Notes: a model not told the origin generated them from the sequence alone. 46,953 bases of DNA from a bacterium (GCA_043743855.1 JAYTVU010000050.1:1-46953), one strand, 5' to 3'; shown: positions 32,988 to 41,238, counted from the stretch's first letter. Translations and numbers: made by a program.

Positions 32988-34198
32988 TGAAAAAGTATAA
33001 TTACGAAGCCAGGGATCAGGCTACAAACAAGATTACTAAATCGACAGTCCAAGCCGACTCTGAAACTTCAGCTGCAAAGCTCTTAATTAATCAGGGTTTT
33101 ACGCCACTTAATATCAAGGAAGCGCGCGATGACGATGACTTTATTTCGCGTTTTACTGGCCGAATAACTACCAAGGATAAAGTCGTTTTTACTCGCCAGC
33201 TTGCAACATTGATTGGTGCAGGATTGCCACTTTCGCAAAGTTTAAACACAGTTCTAGAACAAACTCAGAATAAAAAACTTCAATCAATTATCCAGGATGT
33301 AACTGTCTCTGTCGAAGGTGGTAAATCGTTATCCGAATCTTTTACTAAACACCCAACCGTATTTAACGCAGTATTTTTAGCCTTAGTTGGTGCCGGCGAG
33401 TTATCGGGCACGCTTGACGATTCATTAATGCGTATTGCAGATCAGCAGGAAAAAGATGCAGCAATAATGAGCAAGATAAAGGGCGCGTTAACGTATCCAA
33501 TCATAGTTCTTGTAGTTATATTTGGCGTTATGGCATTTATGCTATTTACAGTTGTACCCCAAGTTGAAAAACTGTACCATGACTTGAAACAAACGTTACC
33601 GTTTATTACTCAAATAATAGTAAACACAGCTTCATTTCTAACTAATTTTTGGTGGTTAGCCCTTATTATCTTGGGTATCAGTATCTATTTCTTGGTTCAA
33701 TACCTGAGGACAGATGCTGGCATCAAAACGAAAGATTTATTCAAATTAAATGTCCCAATTTTTGGTATTATGTTCAGAAAGTTATACATGGCACGCTTTT
33801 TACGCACGGGTCAAACCTTACTCAGTACCGGTGTCAGTATGCTAGATATGCTAAAACTAACCTCCAAAGCAGTTAATAATACAATTATCGAAAAAAGTAT
33901 TATGCGAGCGACTGAAAAGGTGAAAGGTGGTAAGGCTTTGTCAGTGTCGCTTCTACAGGAAGAATATATATTACCACTAGTACCTCAAATGATTAAAATT
34001 GGTGAACAGTCAGGTCGTATTGATGAAATGATGGGTAAGGCAGCACAGGTGTACGAGGACGAGCTTGACGAGCAAGTTAGGACAATATCGACCTCTATAG
34101 AACCGGTTTTGATGGTTGTCCTAGCGATTGTGGCTGGCAGTATGGTCGCAGCAATTCTGTTACCAATATATAGTTTAGTCAACGGTATCAATGTCTAG
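32987..34198 (+). CDS. pilC: Type IV pilus platform protein PilC (GspF family)
   Basis: There are two T2SSF repeats and three TM segments in 403 aa. It has a TAATG overlap with pilT. Confidence 0.92.
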   Translation: MKKYNYEARDQATNKITKSTVQADSETSAAKLLINQGFTPLNIKEARDDDDFISRFTGRITTKDKVVFTRQLATLIGAGLPLSQSLNTVLEQTQNKKLQSIIQDVTVSVEGGKSLSESFTKHPTVFNAVFLALVGAGELSGTLDDSLMRIADQQEKDAAIMSKIKGALTYPIIVLVVIFGVMAFMLFTVVPQVEKLYHDLKQTLPFITQIIVNTASFLTNFWWLALIILGISIYFLVQYLRTDAGIKTKDLFKLNVPIFGIMFRKLYMARFLRTGQTLLSTGVSMLDMLKLTSKAVNNTIIEKSIMRATEKVKGGKALSVSLLQEEYILPLVPQMIKIGEQSGRIDEMMGKAAQVYEDELDEQVRTISTSIEPVLMVVLAIVAGSMVAAILLPIYSLVNGINV

Positions 34199-34280
34199 AC
34201 ATCTGTCTATTGGTGATGTAATATAAACGTAAGCGTTTAACGCGACCATTAATAGTTCATAAGAAAGGTGGAAAAGTATT

Positions 34281-34790
34281 ATGAACATCGCAAAAAAGCA
34301 AAAAGGTTTTACAATTATCGAGGTTGTATTAGTGTTGGCGATTGCTGGACTTATATTTATGATGGTATTTATTGCTTACCCTGCTGTCCTTAGAACGACA
34401 CATGACTCAGCTCGCAAAACATCATTAGTCAAAGCCAAGGAAGCCATAGCAAGTTATGCTCAAAATAATCGGGGTAATCTGCCTACTTTGAATGATGCCT
34501 TTATAGCGTCATACTTAACTCACGATGGTACGGACCCATTTATTGACCCATCTGGCGCAAATACTCAGGCTGATCCTAACGCAACAACATATAAATTTAC
34601 TGCTAGCGGTTCTGGTACCACGGACGCATTATCTGGTTCATTTAGCTCGGCTACTAATCAGAACGTAATTTATTACACAACTAGTGCTGTTTGTGGTAAT
34701 AATGGCGGGGATACAGTTTCTGCCGGTAATCGAATGATTGCTCTTCGTATGTATCTTGAAGGTGGTGGCATAACCTGTCTAAATAATTAA
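34281..34790 (+). CDS. pilA: Type IV major pilin (PilA-like)
   Basis: The class III signal is MNIAKKQKG/FTIIEVVLVLAIAGLIF with Glu5. A C-terminal Cys pair (AVCGNN...GITCLNN) is present. An AAGGTGG SD lies upstream and a strong terminator downstream. Confidence 0.85.
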   Translation: MNIAKKQKGFTIIEVVLVLAIAGLIFMMVFIAYPAVLRTTHDSARKTSLVKAKEAIASYAQNNRGNLPTLNDAFIASYLTHDGTDPFIDPSGANTQADPNATTYKFTASGSGTTDALSGSFSSATNQNVIYYTTSAVCGNNGGDTVSAGNRMIALRMYLEGGGITCLNN

Positions 34791-34810
34791 ACCGAGAAAT
34801 CAAATTCTAA

Positions 34811-34848
34811 TGGAAAAACTCGGCTGATAACCGAGTTTTTCCATTTTT
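34811..34848 (+). terminator. Strong rho-independent terminator after pilA
   Basis: A perfect 13-bp stem TGGAAAAACTCGG/CCGAGTTTTTCCA with a 7-nt loop is followed by TTTTT. Confidence 0.85.
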
Positions 34849-34874
34849 ACCCGTATTACGGTATGATAGTGCTA

Positions 34875-35753
34875 ATGAATATTTTTGTTGTATATCTCGC
34901 ACTCGCTTTGCTTGGTCTGGTTTTTGGCAGTTTTGCAGGTGCATCAGTTTGGCGATTACGTGCCAGACAGCTTGAAACTGATAAGTCGGACGGTGAGCAT
35001 GTAGATAAGGCTGAATATGAACATTTAAAAAAGTTAACAAAAAAGTCGATAGTTAGTGATCGATCGCAGTGTTTAAACTGTTCTTATTTACTGCGTTGGT
35101 ATGATTTAATTCCATTGCTCAGCTGGTTATTGCTTGGCGGTAGATGTCGAAAATGCCATAAACCAATTGGATACTTTGAGCCATTGATTGAAATAGCAGT
35201 GGCGACCTTTTTTGTATTGTCATATGCTTTTTGGCCTTATCATCTTGATAATTATCTTGAAATTACGCGTTTAGTGCTGTGGCTCATATCGGGGGTGGGA
35301 TTGGCGGTTTTATTCGCCTATGATAAAAAATGGTCACTGTTACCGGACAAAATCAACTTCGCTATAATCAGTATTGGTGCAATGAATGCATTAGTTGTTG
35401 TTTTATTGGTGCCTGACAAAATATCGGCGCTATTGAGCCTTCTGGGAGCTATTTTTATTCTCAGTGGTATCTATTATGTAATATATTTAATATCCCGCGG
35501 AATGTGGATAGGCTTTGGCGACATAAAACTTGGTCTTGGGCTCGCCCTATTACTGGCAGACTGGAGATTGGCTTTTATCGCGTTATTTGCAGCCAACCTT
35601 ATTGGTTGCCTGATAGTTTTGCCAGCCATGGCAATAGGTAAGCTAAAGCGTGGTTCTCATGTCCCTTTTGGACCTTTATTAATTGCCGGTTTTGTTTTTG
35701 CAGGCCTTGCTGGTAATTACATCATCAGCCTCTATTTCTCTAGTCTTACATAG
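34875..35753 (+). CDS. pilD: Prepilin peptidase / N-methyltransferase PilD
   Basis: It has the Cys motifs CLNC...CRKC, multiple TM helices and the active-site region GFGDIKLGLGLALLL. TATGAT (34862-34867) lies 7 nt upstream of ATG 34875. ATG 34863 is an alternative start. Confidence 0.88.
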   Translation: MNIFVVYLALALLGLVFGSFAGASVWRLRARQLETDKSDGEHVDKAEYEHLKKLTKKSIVSDRSQCLNCSYLLRWYDLIPLLSWLLLGGRCRKCHKPIGYFEPLIEIAVATFFVLSYAFWPYHLDNYLEITRLVLWLISGVGLAVLFAYDKKWSLLPDKINFAIISIGAMNALVVVLLVPDKISALLSLLGAIFILSGIYYVIYLISRGMWIGFGDIKLGLGLALLLADWRLAFIALFAANLIGCLIVLPAMAIGKLKRGSHVPFGPLLIAGFVFAGLAGNYIISLYFSSLT

Positions 35754-35775
35754 GCTATAACACCTAACTTGCTTA

Positions 35776-35784
35776 TGTTATAAT
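35776..35784 (+). promoter_or_regulatory. Extended -10 TGtTATAAT 9 nt upstream of the first minor pilin gene
   Basis: The sequence reads TGTTATAAT-tatgagcaa-ATG(35794). Confidence 0.45.
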
Positions 35785-35793
35785 TATGAGCAA

Positions 35794-36534
35794 ATGAAGC
35801 CTTTAAAAATTGCTGGTTTTACTATTATTGAAACGATGCTTTTTTTAGGTATTTCAGGTTTATTAGTTATGGTTGTGCTGGTCGGAACAGGCAGCGCAAT
35901 TAATACTCAACGTTATCGTGACAGTGTGACTTCGTTACAGTCATTATTGCAGCAACAATATTCAGAGGTAGCCAATGTTATTAATAATACTTCCGTTAAC
36001 ACATGCGGTAGTGAAAATAACATCCCACGTGGACAGTCTCAATGTGTAGTCTTAGGTAGGTATATTACCACAAAAGATGACGGTTCAACCTTGATTGTAA
36101 GGGATGTAATTGGACAACCTATCGATATCAATGCCGAGATGAAAACTGATGATGTCGAAGTTCTAAAGCAATACACATTGTCGGTTTTGCCGACTGCAGA
36201 CAAGAACTATACGGTTGAATGGGGTTCATTACTCAAAAATACCAATGGTACTACAAACTCTTCACTTTCAATGTTGATACTTCGTTCACCATCGAGTGGC
36301 GTTATACGAACCTTTATTAATAATACTTCAGTTGTTGCAGATGATAAATTAACTAGTGACCTTTTAGCTGCTGTTCCGTCGGCTCTAATGGTACCGGCTG
36401 AATTATGCGTTCAACAGAGTGGATTATTCACAGGCAGCAAGATGGCAGTTCAGATTAATGCAAATTCCACAAATGCTAGTGGTATCGAGACTTTAGGTGA
36501 GCAAAATCAGTCAGGGAATAGTATATGCCACTAA
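35794..36534 (+). CDS. Minor pilin / pseudopilin with a class III signal
   Basis: The N-terminus is MKPLKIAG/FTIIETMLFLGISGLLVMV (G-F cleavage site, Glu5). Confidence 0.75.
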   Translation: MKPLKIAGFTIIETMLFLGISGLLVMVVLVGTGSAINTQRYRDSVTSLQSLLQQQYSEVANVINNTSVNTCGSENNIPRGQSQCVVLGRYITTKDDGSTLIVRDVIGQPIDINAEMKTDDVEVLKQYTLSVLPTADKNYTVEWGSLLKNTNGTTNSSLSMLILRSPSSGVIRTFINNTSVVADDKLTSDLLAAVPSALMVPAELCVQQSGLFTGSKMAVQINANSTNASGIETLGEQNQSGNSICH

Positions 36535-37151
36535 ATAGTCGAACAAAAAATCGTGGTGATACCTTGATTGAAGTATTGTTCGCGATGGCTGTTTTTAGCC
36601 TAGTTGCTGTCGGGTCATTGTCGGTTATGAATCAAGGAACCGCCACTGCCCAGCGAGCTCTCGAGATTACATTGGTACGTAACGAGATTGATGCCCAGGC
36701 TGAAGCGTTACGTTTTATGAACACATCGTATATATCTGCTTATAATTCGGGCACAAATTACACTGGTGCCGCAAAAGAGTGGAGCGATATGAGTGTTGAA
36801 ATAAAAACAGATACAATTATTCAGGATTTTGGTATATCAGCAAATAAATGCCCTATGATTCCAAATGGAAGTTTTATTGTTAATGCCCGAAAAGCTACGT
36901 ATATTAAACCGACCGGTTCAGGTGCTCCCGGCCCTTCAAAAATATTCTCACAAGTTAATTATGATAATAACGACGATTATTTGTCGGCTGAAGGTATTTG
37001 GATTCAAGCTATAAAAGTTGCCCCATCTGGTAATAATCAAGATAATGCTGGTTATATTGATTTTAATATTCGTGCTTGTTGGGATAGCCCCGGACAGTCT
37101 GTTCCGGTAACTTTAGGCACAATTGTGAGGTTGTATGAACCACGTGGATAG
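36525..37151 (+). CDS. Minor pilin / pseudopilin with a class III-like signal
   Basis: The N-terminus is ...KNRG/DTLIEVLFAMAVFSLVAV (prepilin-like with Glu5). It overlaps the upstream gene by 10 nt. Confidence 0.7.
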   Translation: MPLNSRTKNRGDTLIEVLFAMAVFSLVAVGSLSVMNQGTATAQRALEITLVRNEIDAQAEALRFMNTSYISAYNSGTNYTGAAKEWSDMSVEIKTDTIIQDFGISANKCPMIPNGSFIVNARKATYIKPTGSGAPGPSKIFSQVNYDNNDDYLSAEGIWIQAIKVAPSGNNQDNAGYIDFNIRACWDSPGQSVPVTLGTIVRLYEPRG

Positions 37152-37842
37152 AAATAAAGGCTTTACTCTCGTAGAACTAATGCTGGCAATGGGGTTTGTT
37201 TCAGCGCTTTTACTCGCTATTGCTATGACCGTTATACAAATGGGCAATATTTACACCCGTGGTATCACCTTCAAGAATGTCAATCAGGCTGGCGGATCAA
37301 TTGCCAGCGAATTACAGCGTAGTATTGCCAATAGCTCTTATTTTAATGTTACACCAAACGGCCCTCTGTATGTTAAAAATGTTCAGAGTGGTCGTCTATG
37401 TACTGGGCAGTATAGTTATGTATGGAATTATGGAAAATACATTAAAACACCAGGTTTGAATTATATTAAGTATGCGTCAGATAACAGCGTTATCTATTTT
37501 GCAAAAATCCACGACTCATCTCTGTCTGTTTGTACCAAAAACATTTTATCAGGTGTTTATCCCGACATAAATAAATTTGATGCAGTTGAATTGCTGGGAT
37601 CTGGCCAGTTTGATCTTGCAATCCACAACTTCATAATCAGAACTAACTCGTCAGCGACTGATTTGGCTACGAATCAAGCATTGTATACTATTGAATTCAT
37701 TTTAGGCACAAACGAAACTACCGCACTTCAATATGACGCCAACGGGATCCCTATTTGTAGATTAGCCGGTGATATCCAAGCAGATACATTATATTGTGCG
37801 CTAAATCGATTTGATATAGTCGCACGGGCAGGAAAGGGTTAA
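37135..37842 (+). CDS. Minor pilin / pseudopilin with a class III signal
   Basis: The N-terminus is ...DRNKG/FTLVELMLAMGFVSALLL. It overlaps the upstream gene by 17 nt. Confidence 0.75.
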   Translation: MNHVDRNKGFTLVELMLAMGFVSALLLAIAMTVIQMGNIYTRGITFKNVNQAGGSIASELQRSIANSSYFNVTPNGPLYVKNVQSGRLCTGQYSYVWNYGKYIKTPGLNYIKYASDNSVIYFAKIHDSSLSVCTKNILSGVYPDINKFDAVELLGSGQFDLAIHNFIIRTNSSATDLATNQALYTIEFILGTNETTALQYDANGIPICRLAGDIQADTLYCALNRFDIVARAGKG

Positions 37843-37851
37843 TATAAGGTT

Positions 37852-39003
37852 ATGGTTATGATAAACATCAAAAAACAGCGTGGTGAAGTTGCATTATTTG
37901 TAGTAATATTTGCGACCCTACTAATTTTAGTTGTTACTGTTAGCTACGTCCGAATAATGCTTCAGGGACAGCAACAAGCCAGTACAAACGACTTATCGCA
38001 AAGTGCCTACGATTCAGCCCAGGCTGGAGTTGAAGACGCCAAGAGGGCACTACTTAGATACCAAAGCTTGGGTGGGGCAGTCGACATATCAAAATGGCCA
38101 TCTGTTTGCAACGCTGCTACGGACACCTTGAACGATATATCTAAATCTGGTAGTGATCGTACAGTAGGTAATAAGACTTTGAACCAATCCTATACATGCG
38201 TGACGGTGACCACTAATACTGATGATGTTAAGGAAAAATTTACTAATGCAAACAAATCAAACATTATTCCACTCAAAGGAGTTGACCAATTTGATACGGT
38301 TCAAATCGAGTGGTTTTCGGCCAGTGATTTCAACGACCCAAATTCTAATCAGACAAGCGTAGTTAGTTTGTCTAATCCATCTCTGGGCGTTCCATTACTC
38401 GGGGATTGGAGTGTGAATCGTCCGCCTGTAATGAGGGCGCAGTTAATTCAGTTTGGTGACAGCGGCTTTACGCTATCCGATTTTGACAGTGGCAGTTTGG
38501 CAGCTGGTAGTAACTCTAATACATTATTTCTTTATCCCACAAACTCGACAACCGTAGGAACTTATAATTTCACCGATGATGTTCGTCAAACTGCCACGGG
38601 ATCACCTCACCAAGTTAATTGCCTTTCCAACCTTGCTACTGCGACGTATTCTTGTACGGCTAAAATATCAATGCCACTTCCTAAACCTGCAACCGCCGGT
38701 ATAAAACGCGAGGCATATTTGCGGTTAACCACACTTTATAATCTCGCTATGTACCGAATTACACTTTATAAGAACGGTGGAGCCGATCCTGTGAAAGATC
38801 TAGTACAGTTTAATGCTGTAGAGCCATTAATCGATTCGACTGGAAGGGCAGATAACCTATTCAGAAGAGTACAAACCAGAGTAAAAATGTACGGAGATTT
38901 CTCTTATCCTGATGGCGAGATAGTAACTACAGGTAACTTTTGTAAGAACTTTATGGTTACCGACACCCAATATATTGGTGGTGTCCCATCGTGTACTCCA
39001 TAG
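37852..39003 (+). CDS. PilX-like large pilus-associated protein
   Basis: The N-terminus KKQRGEVALFVVIFATLLILVV resembles the PilX N-terminal anchor. A 350-aa domain rich in T/S/N follows. It is the last gene of the minor-pilin block. Confidence 0.55.
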   Translation: MVMINIKKQRGEVALFVVIFATLLILVVTVSYVRIMLQGQQQASTNDLSQSAYDSAQAGVEDAKRALLRYQSLGGAVDISKWPSVCNAATDTLNDISKSGSDRTVGNKTLNQSYTCVTVTTNTDDVKEKFTNANKSNIIPLKGVDQFDTVQIEWFSASDFNDPNSNQTSVVSLSNPSLGVPLLGDWSVNRPPVMRAQLIQFGDSGFTLSDFDSGSLAAGSNSNTLFLYPTNSTTVGTYNFTDDVRQTATGSPHQVNCLSNLATATYSCTAKISMPLPKPATAGIKREAYLRLTTLYNLAMYRITLYKNGGADPVKDLVQFNAVEPLIDSTGRADNLFRRVQTRVKMYGDFSYPDGEIVTTGNFCKNFMVTDTQYIGGVPSCTP

Positions 39004-39007
39004 TTTA

Positions 39008-39943
39008 TTAATCGACTTTGTCGCTATGAAATTTATCATGTACCTCTTTTAAATGCTGGTCTGTAACATGAGTGTAAACCTGAGTCGTGCTGATACTACT
39101 ATGACCCAACATTGCTTGGACGCTACGAATATCAGCACCATTCATCAGTAGGTCAGTTGCAAAGCTATGACGCATTGTGTGTGGACTTACCTGCTTTGTG
39201 ATACCAGCAAGGCGAGTGTATTTATTTATTATCCGCTCTATGCTTCTAACACCAAGTCGACGGTAATTACCGTCAGTTGACGGCTCAATGTTCCGACTGT
39301 AGCTAATAAATAAAGGCTGCAACAAGTCAGTTCTAGTTTTTAGATAATTTTGCACATATTGGCTTGCACCTTCACTTATAAATACCGGTCTATCCTTATT
39401 ACCTTTTCCTCGAATCATAAATTCACGTCTTTTTGTGTTCACATTATCTCTGTTAAGGCTAACTAATTCCGAGACACGTAGTCCGCTTGAAAACAAAAGT
39501 TCGATAATTGCTCTATCGCGAAGACCAATATTTGTACTCATATCAATTGAATCAAATATTTGTTCAACCTCATCGTAATGTAAAAAAGTAACCTGTCTGC
39601 GCGATACTTTTGGTAATTCGATTTTTTCTGGCGATAGGCTATTTATATCACGTTTTGATAAATAATTTAGAAACCCCCTTAGGGCGATTAAATGGTAGCT
39701 TTGTGTAATCGTTGACAAAACGTCATCGTTGCTATTTTTATAACGGTTTAACCATAGCCTATACTTACGTATAATTTCCGATGTTATTTTATCAACAGTT
39801 ATATCATTTGTAAACTCAACAAATCGTTCTAAATATAAAGCATAGTTTTCAGCCGTTTTGGCCGAACGACCGCCTTCAACTTCCAGGTGTTCAATAAAGT
39901 CTAGTAGTAATTCGGACACATACATATTATTAGCATAGCTCAT
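39008..39943 (-). CDS. Tyrosine recombinase, XerC/XerD family
   Basis: It has an N-terminal SAM-like domain (LLDFIEHLEVEGGRSAKTAENYALYLERF). The catalytic residues are R (SGLRVSEL), HxxR (HTMRHSFATDLL) and H...Y (LGHSSISTTQVYTHV). Confidence 0.85.
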   Translation of the reverse strand: MSYANNMYVSELLLDFIEHLEVEGGRSAKTAENYALYLERFVEFTNDITVDKITSEIIRKYRLWLNRYKNSNDDVLSTITQSYHLIALRGFLNYLSKRDINSLSPEKIELPKVSRRQVTFLHYDEVEQIFDSIDMSTNIGLRDRAIIELLFSSGLRVSELVSLNRDNVNTKRREFMIRGKGNKDRPVFISEGASQYVQNYLKTRTDLLQPLFISYSRNIEPSTDGNYRRLGVRSIERIINKYTRLAGITKQVSPHTMRHSFATDLLMNGADIRSVQAMLGHSSISTTQVYTHVTDQHLKEVHDKFHSDKVD

Positions 39944-40001
39944 ATGTGGTATTTTTGTTATATTAATATGTAAAGTAATCTAAGTATTTAGGAGCCAAAT
40001 A

Positions 40002-40538
40002 ATGTCGGAATCAGAAATTGAAAGAACATTGATTGTTTTAAAACCAGATGCAATTATGCGTGGGTTAGTTGGTGAAGTAATCTCAAGGTTTGAAAGAGCT
40101 GGACTCAAAATAGTTGCGATGAAGATGGTCGCTCCTGATGAGGAGCACTTTCGTAAACACTATGAAGGTATTGGGACAATGATAAGTCGGTGGGGTGAGG
40201 CTATTTACGAGGTTACTCTATCACAGATGACTGAAGCTCCTGTTATTGCCTTTGTTCTTGAAGGTATTGAGGCTGTATCTTATGTCCGAAAACTGGTTGG
40301 GACGACTGATCCTAAAGATTCGGCACCAGGAACTATTAGGGGTGATTACACGCACGTCACGCGTGGTTTTACAAACCCTATAGGGGCAACTTTGCCAAAT
40401 ATCATACATGCATCAGGTAATGCCGATGAGGCCGCTAAAGAAATCGAATTATGGTTCGGAAAAGACGAAATTTACGACACGTATGAGACAGCTCAAGGTT
40501 CAATTGTTCGTGGCCGAATCGTAGCAAAGAAAAAGTAG
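40002..40538 (+). CDS. ndk: Nucleoside-diphosphate kinase (divergent, long form)
   Basis: ERTLIVLKPDAIMRGLVGEVISRFERAGLKIVAMKM, GTIRGDY and the catalytic His context NIIHAS are present. An AGGAG SD lies upstream. The product is 178 aa, with insertions relative to canonical Ndk of about 140 aa. Confidence 0.8.
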   Translation: MSESEIERTLIVLKPDAIMRGLVGEVISRFERAGLKIVAMKMVAPDEEHFRKHYEGIGTMISRWGEAIYEVTLSQMTEAPVIAFVLEGIEAVSYVRKLVGTTDPKDSAPGTIRGDYTHVTRGFTNPIGATLPNIIHASGNADEAAKEIELWFGKDEIYDTYETAQGSIVRGRIVAKKK

Positions 40539-40557
40539 TAAAAGGTTACAACTGCCG

Positions 40558-40563
40558 TATAAT
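40558..40563 (+). promoter_or_regulatory. -10 box TATAAT 10 nt upstream of tRNA-Arg
   Basis: The sequence reads cgTATAAT-atatgggtat-GCCTCGG. Confidence 0.45.
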
Positions 40564-40573
40564 ATATGGGTAT

Positions 40574-40650
40574 GCCTCGGTAGCTCAACTGGATAGAGCA
40601 GATCCGTCCTAAGGATAAGGTTGTAGGTTCAACTCCTGCCCGGGGTACCA
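40574..40650 (+). tRNA. tRNA-Arg (anticodon CCU), CCA encoded
   Basis: I folded the cloverleaf by hand. The acceptor is GCCTCGG/CCGGGGT (two G-U pairs) and the D stem is GCTC/GAGC. The anticodon loop is GTCCTAA, the T arm is GTAGG-TTCAACT-CCTGC, and the 3' end is discriminator A plus CCA. Confidence 0.85.
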
Positions 40651-40704
40651 GATTATTTGACTACGTAACCACTAGAACTGACCGGGCCGTAGTATAATAA
40701 TCTC

Positions 40705-41238
40705 ATGACGGAAAAAATGTCTTCAACAAAAAAATACTTTGACGGTCAACGAGAAGGCGAGAAGTTACTTTTCGTGTTCCGTCGTCACGTAATTGCAATG
40801 CGAAGAGGCTATTATATGTTAGTGATTCCACTTATAATAACTGCAATTCCACCACTTATATGGAGTTACAATTTAGAGTTATTCTTATTGCCAGTCGCTG
40901 GCTTTACTATCGGATTGTTGCTATTTTTTTATCATTTTATCTTGTGGTATTTTACTATCTATATTGTTACCGATCAAAGGATACGACAAGTGACACAACG
41001 TGGTCTTTTCGGTCGGGAGGTAATCGACCTGCGCCTATCCAAGGTCCAGAATATAAGCTATAATATACCAGGCTTTAGCGGTGAGCTTTTCAAGTTCGGC
41101 ACCATAGTCATCCAAACTTTTGTGGGTGATTTAGTGATTCATAATGTTGAACATCCCGTTGAAATTTATAATAAACTGCAGGATGCAGTTAATAATACTA
41201 CTGACACTCAAGGAGTATATGAAGAAGTTAATAAATAG
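40705..41238 (+). CDS. Bacterial PH-domain (bPH_2 / YdbS-YdbT-like) membrane protein
   Basis: Two TM helices are followed by YIVTDQRIRQVTQRGLFGREVIDLRLSKVQNISY, which is typical of bPH_2. TATAAT lies 6 nt upstream of the ATG. Confidence 0.65.
   Translation: MTEKMSSTKKYFDGQREGEKLLFVFRRHVIAMRRGYYMLVIPLIITAIPPLIWSYNLELFLLPVAGFTIGLLLFFYHFILWYFTIYIVTDQRIRQVTQRGLFGREVIDLRLSKVQNISYNIPGFSGELFKFGTIVIQTFVGDLVIHNVEHPVEIYNKLQDAVNNTTDTQGVYEEVNK

Noticed and set aside
34199-34280. A sigma-54 (GG-N10-GC) promoter upstream of pilA, as found for pilins in some Proteobacteria.
   Set aside because: The only TGG-containing candidate (TGGTGATGTAATATA) lacks the -12 GC element. A weak TAATAT -10 box and a small palindrome AAACG-TAAG-CGTTT are present but are not diagnostic.
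34807-35040. A 77-aa minus-strand ORF between pilA and pilD.
   Set aside because: It runs through the 13-bp-stem pilA terminator and overlaps the pilD 5' end. The pilD reading frame has clear prepilin-peptidase motifs, so this is an artefact.
39944-40001. A possible dif-like Xer site next to the xer gene. The sequence TTATATTAATATGTAAAGT contains an ATATGTAAAGT arm resembling the XerD-side arm TTATGTAAACT of Firmicute dif.
   Set aside because: Only one arm matches, at about 9/11. The expected left arm and the 6-bp spacer geometry are not present. The 10-bp palindrome ATATTAATAT is adequately explained as overlapping divergent -10 boxes for xer and ndk. A genome-wide dif search with GC-skew would be needed.
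39008-40650. A tyrosine recombinase near tRNA-Arg as the signature of an integrated genomic island, possibly carrying the pilus locus.
   Set aside because: The recombinase has the XerC/D-type N-terminal domain. ndk separates it from the tRNA. I saw no direct repeat of the tRNA 3' end elsewhere in the window. The flanking genes are core housekeeping genes.
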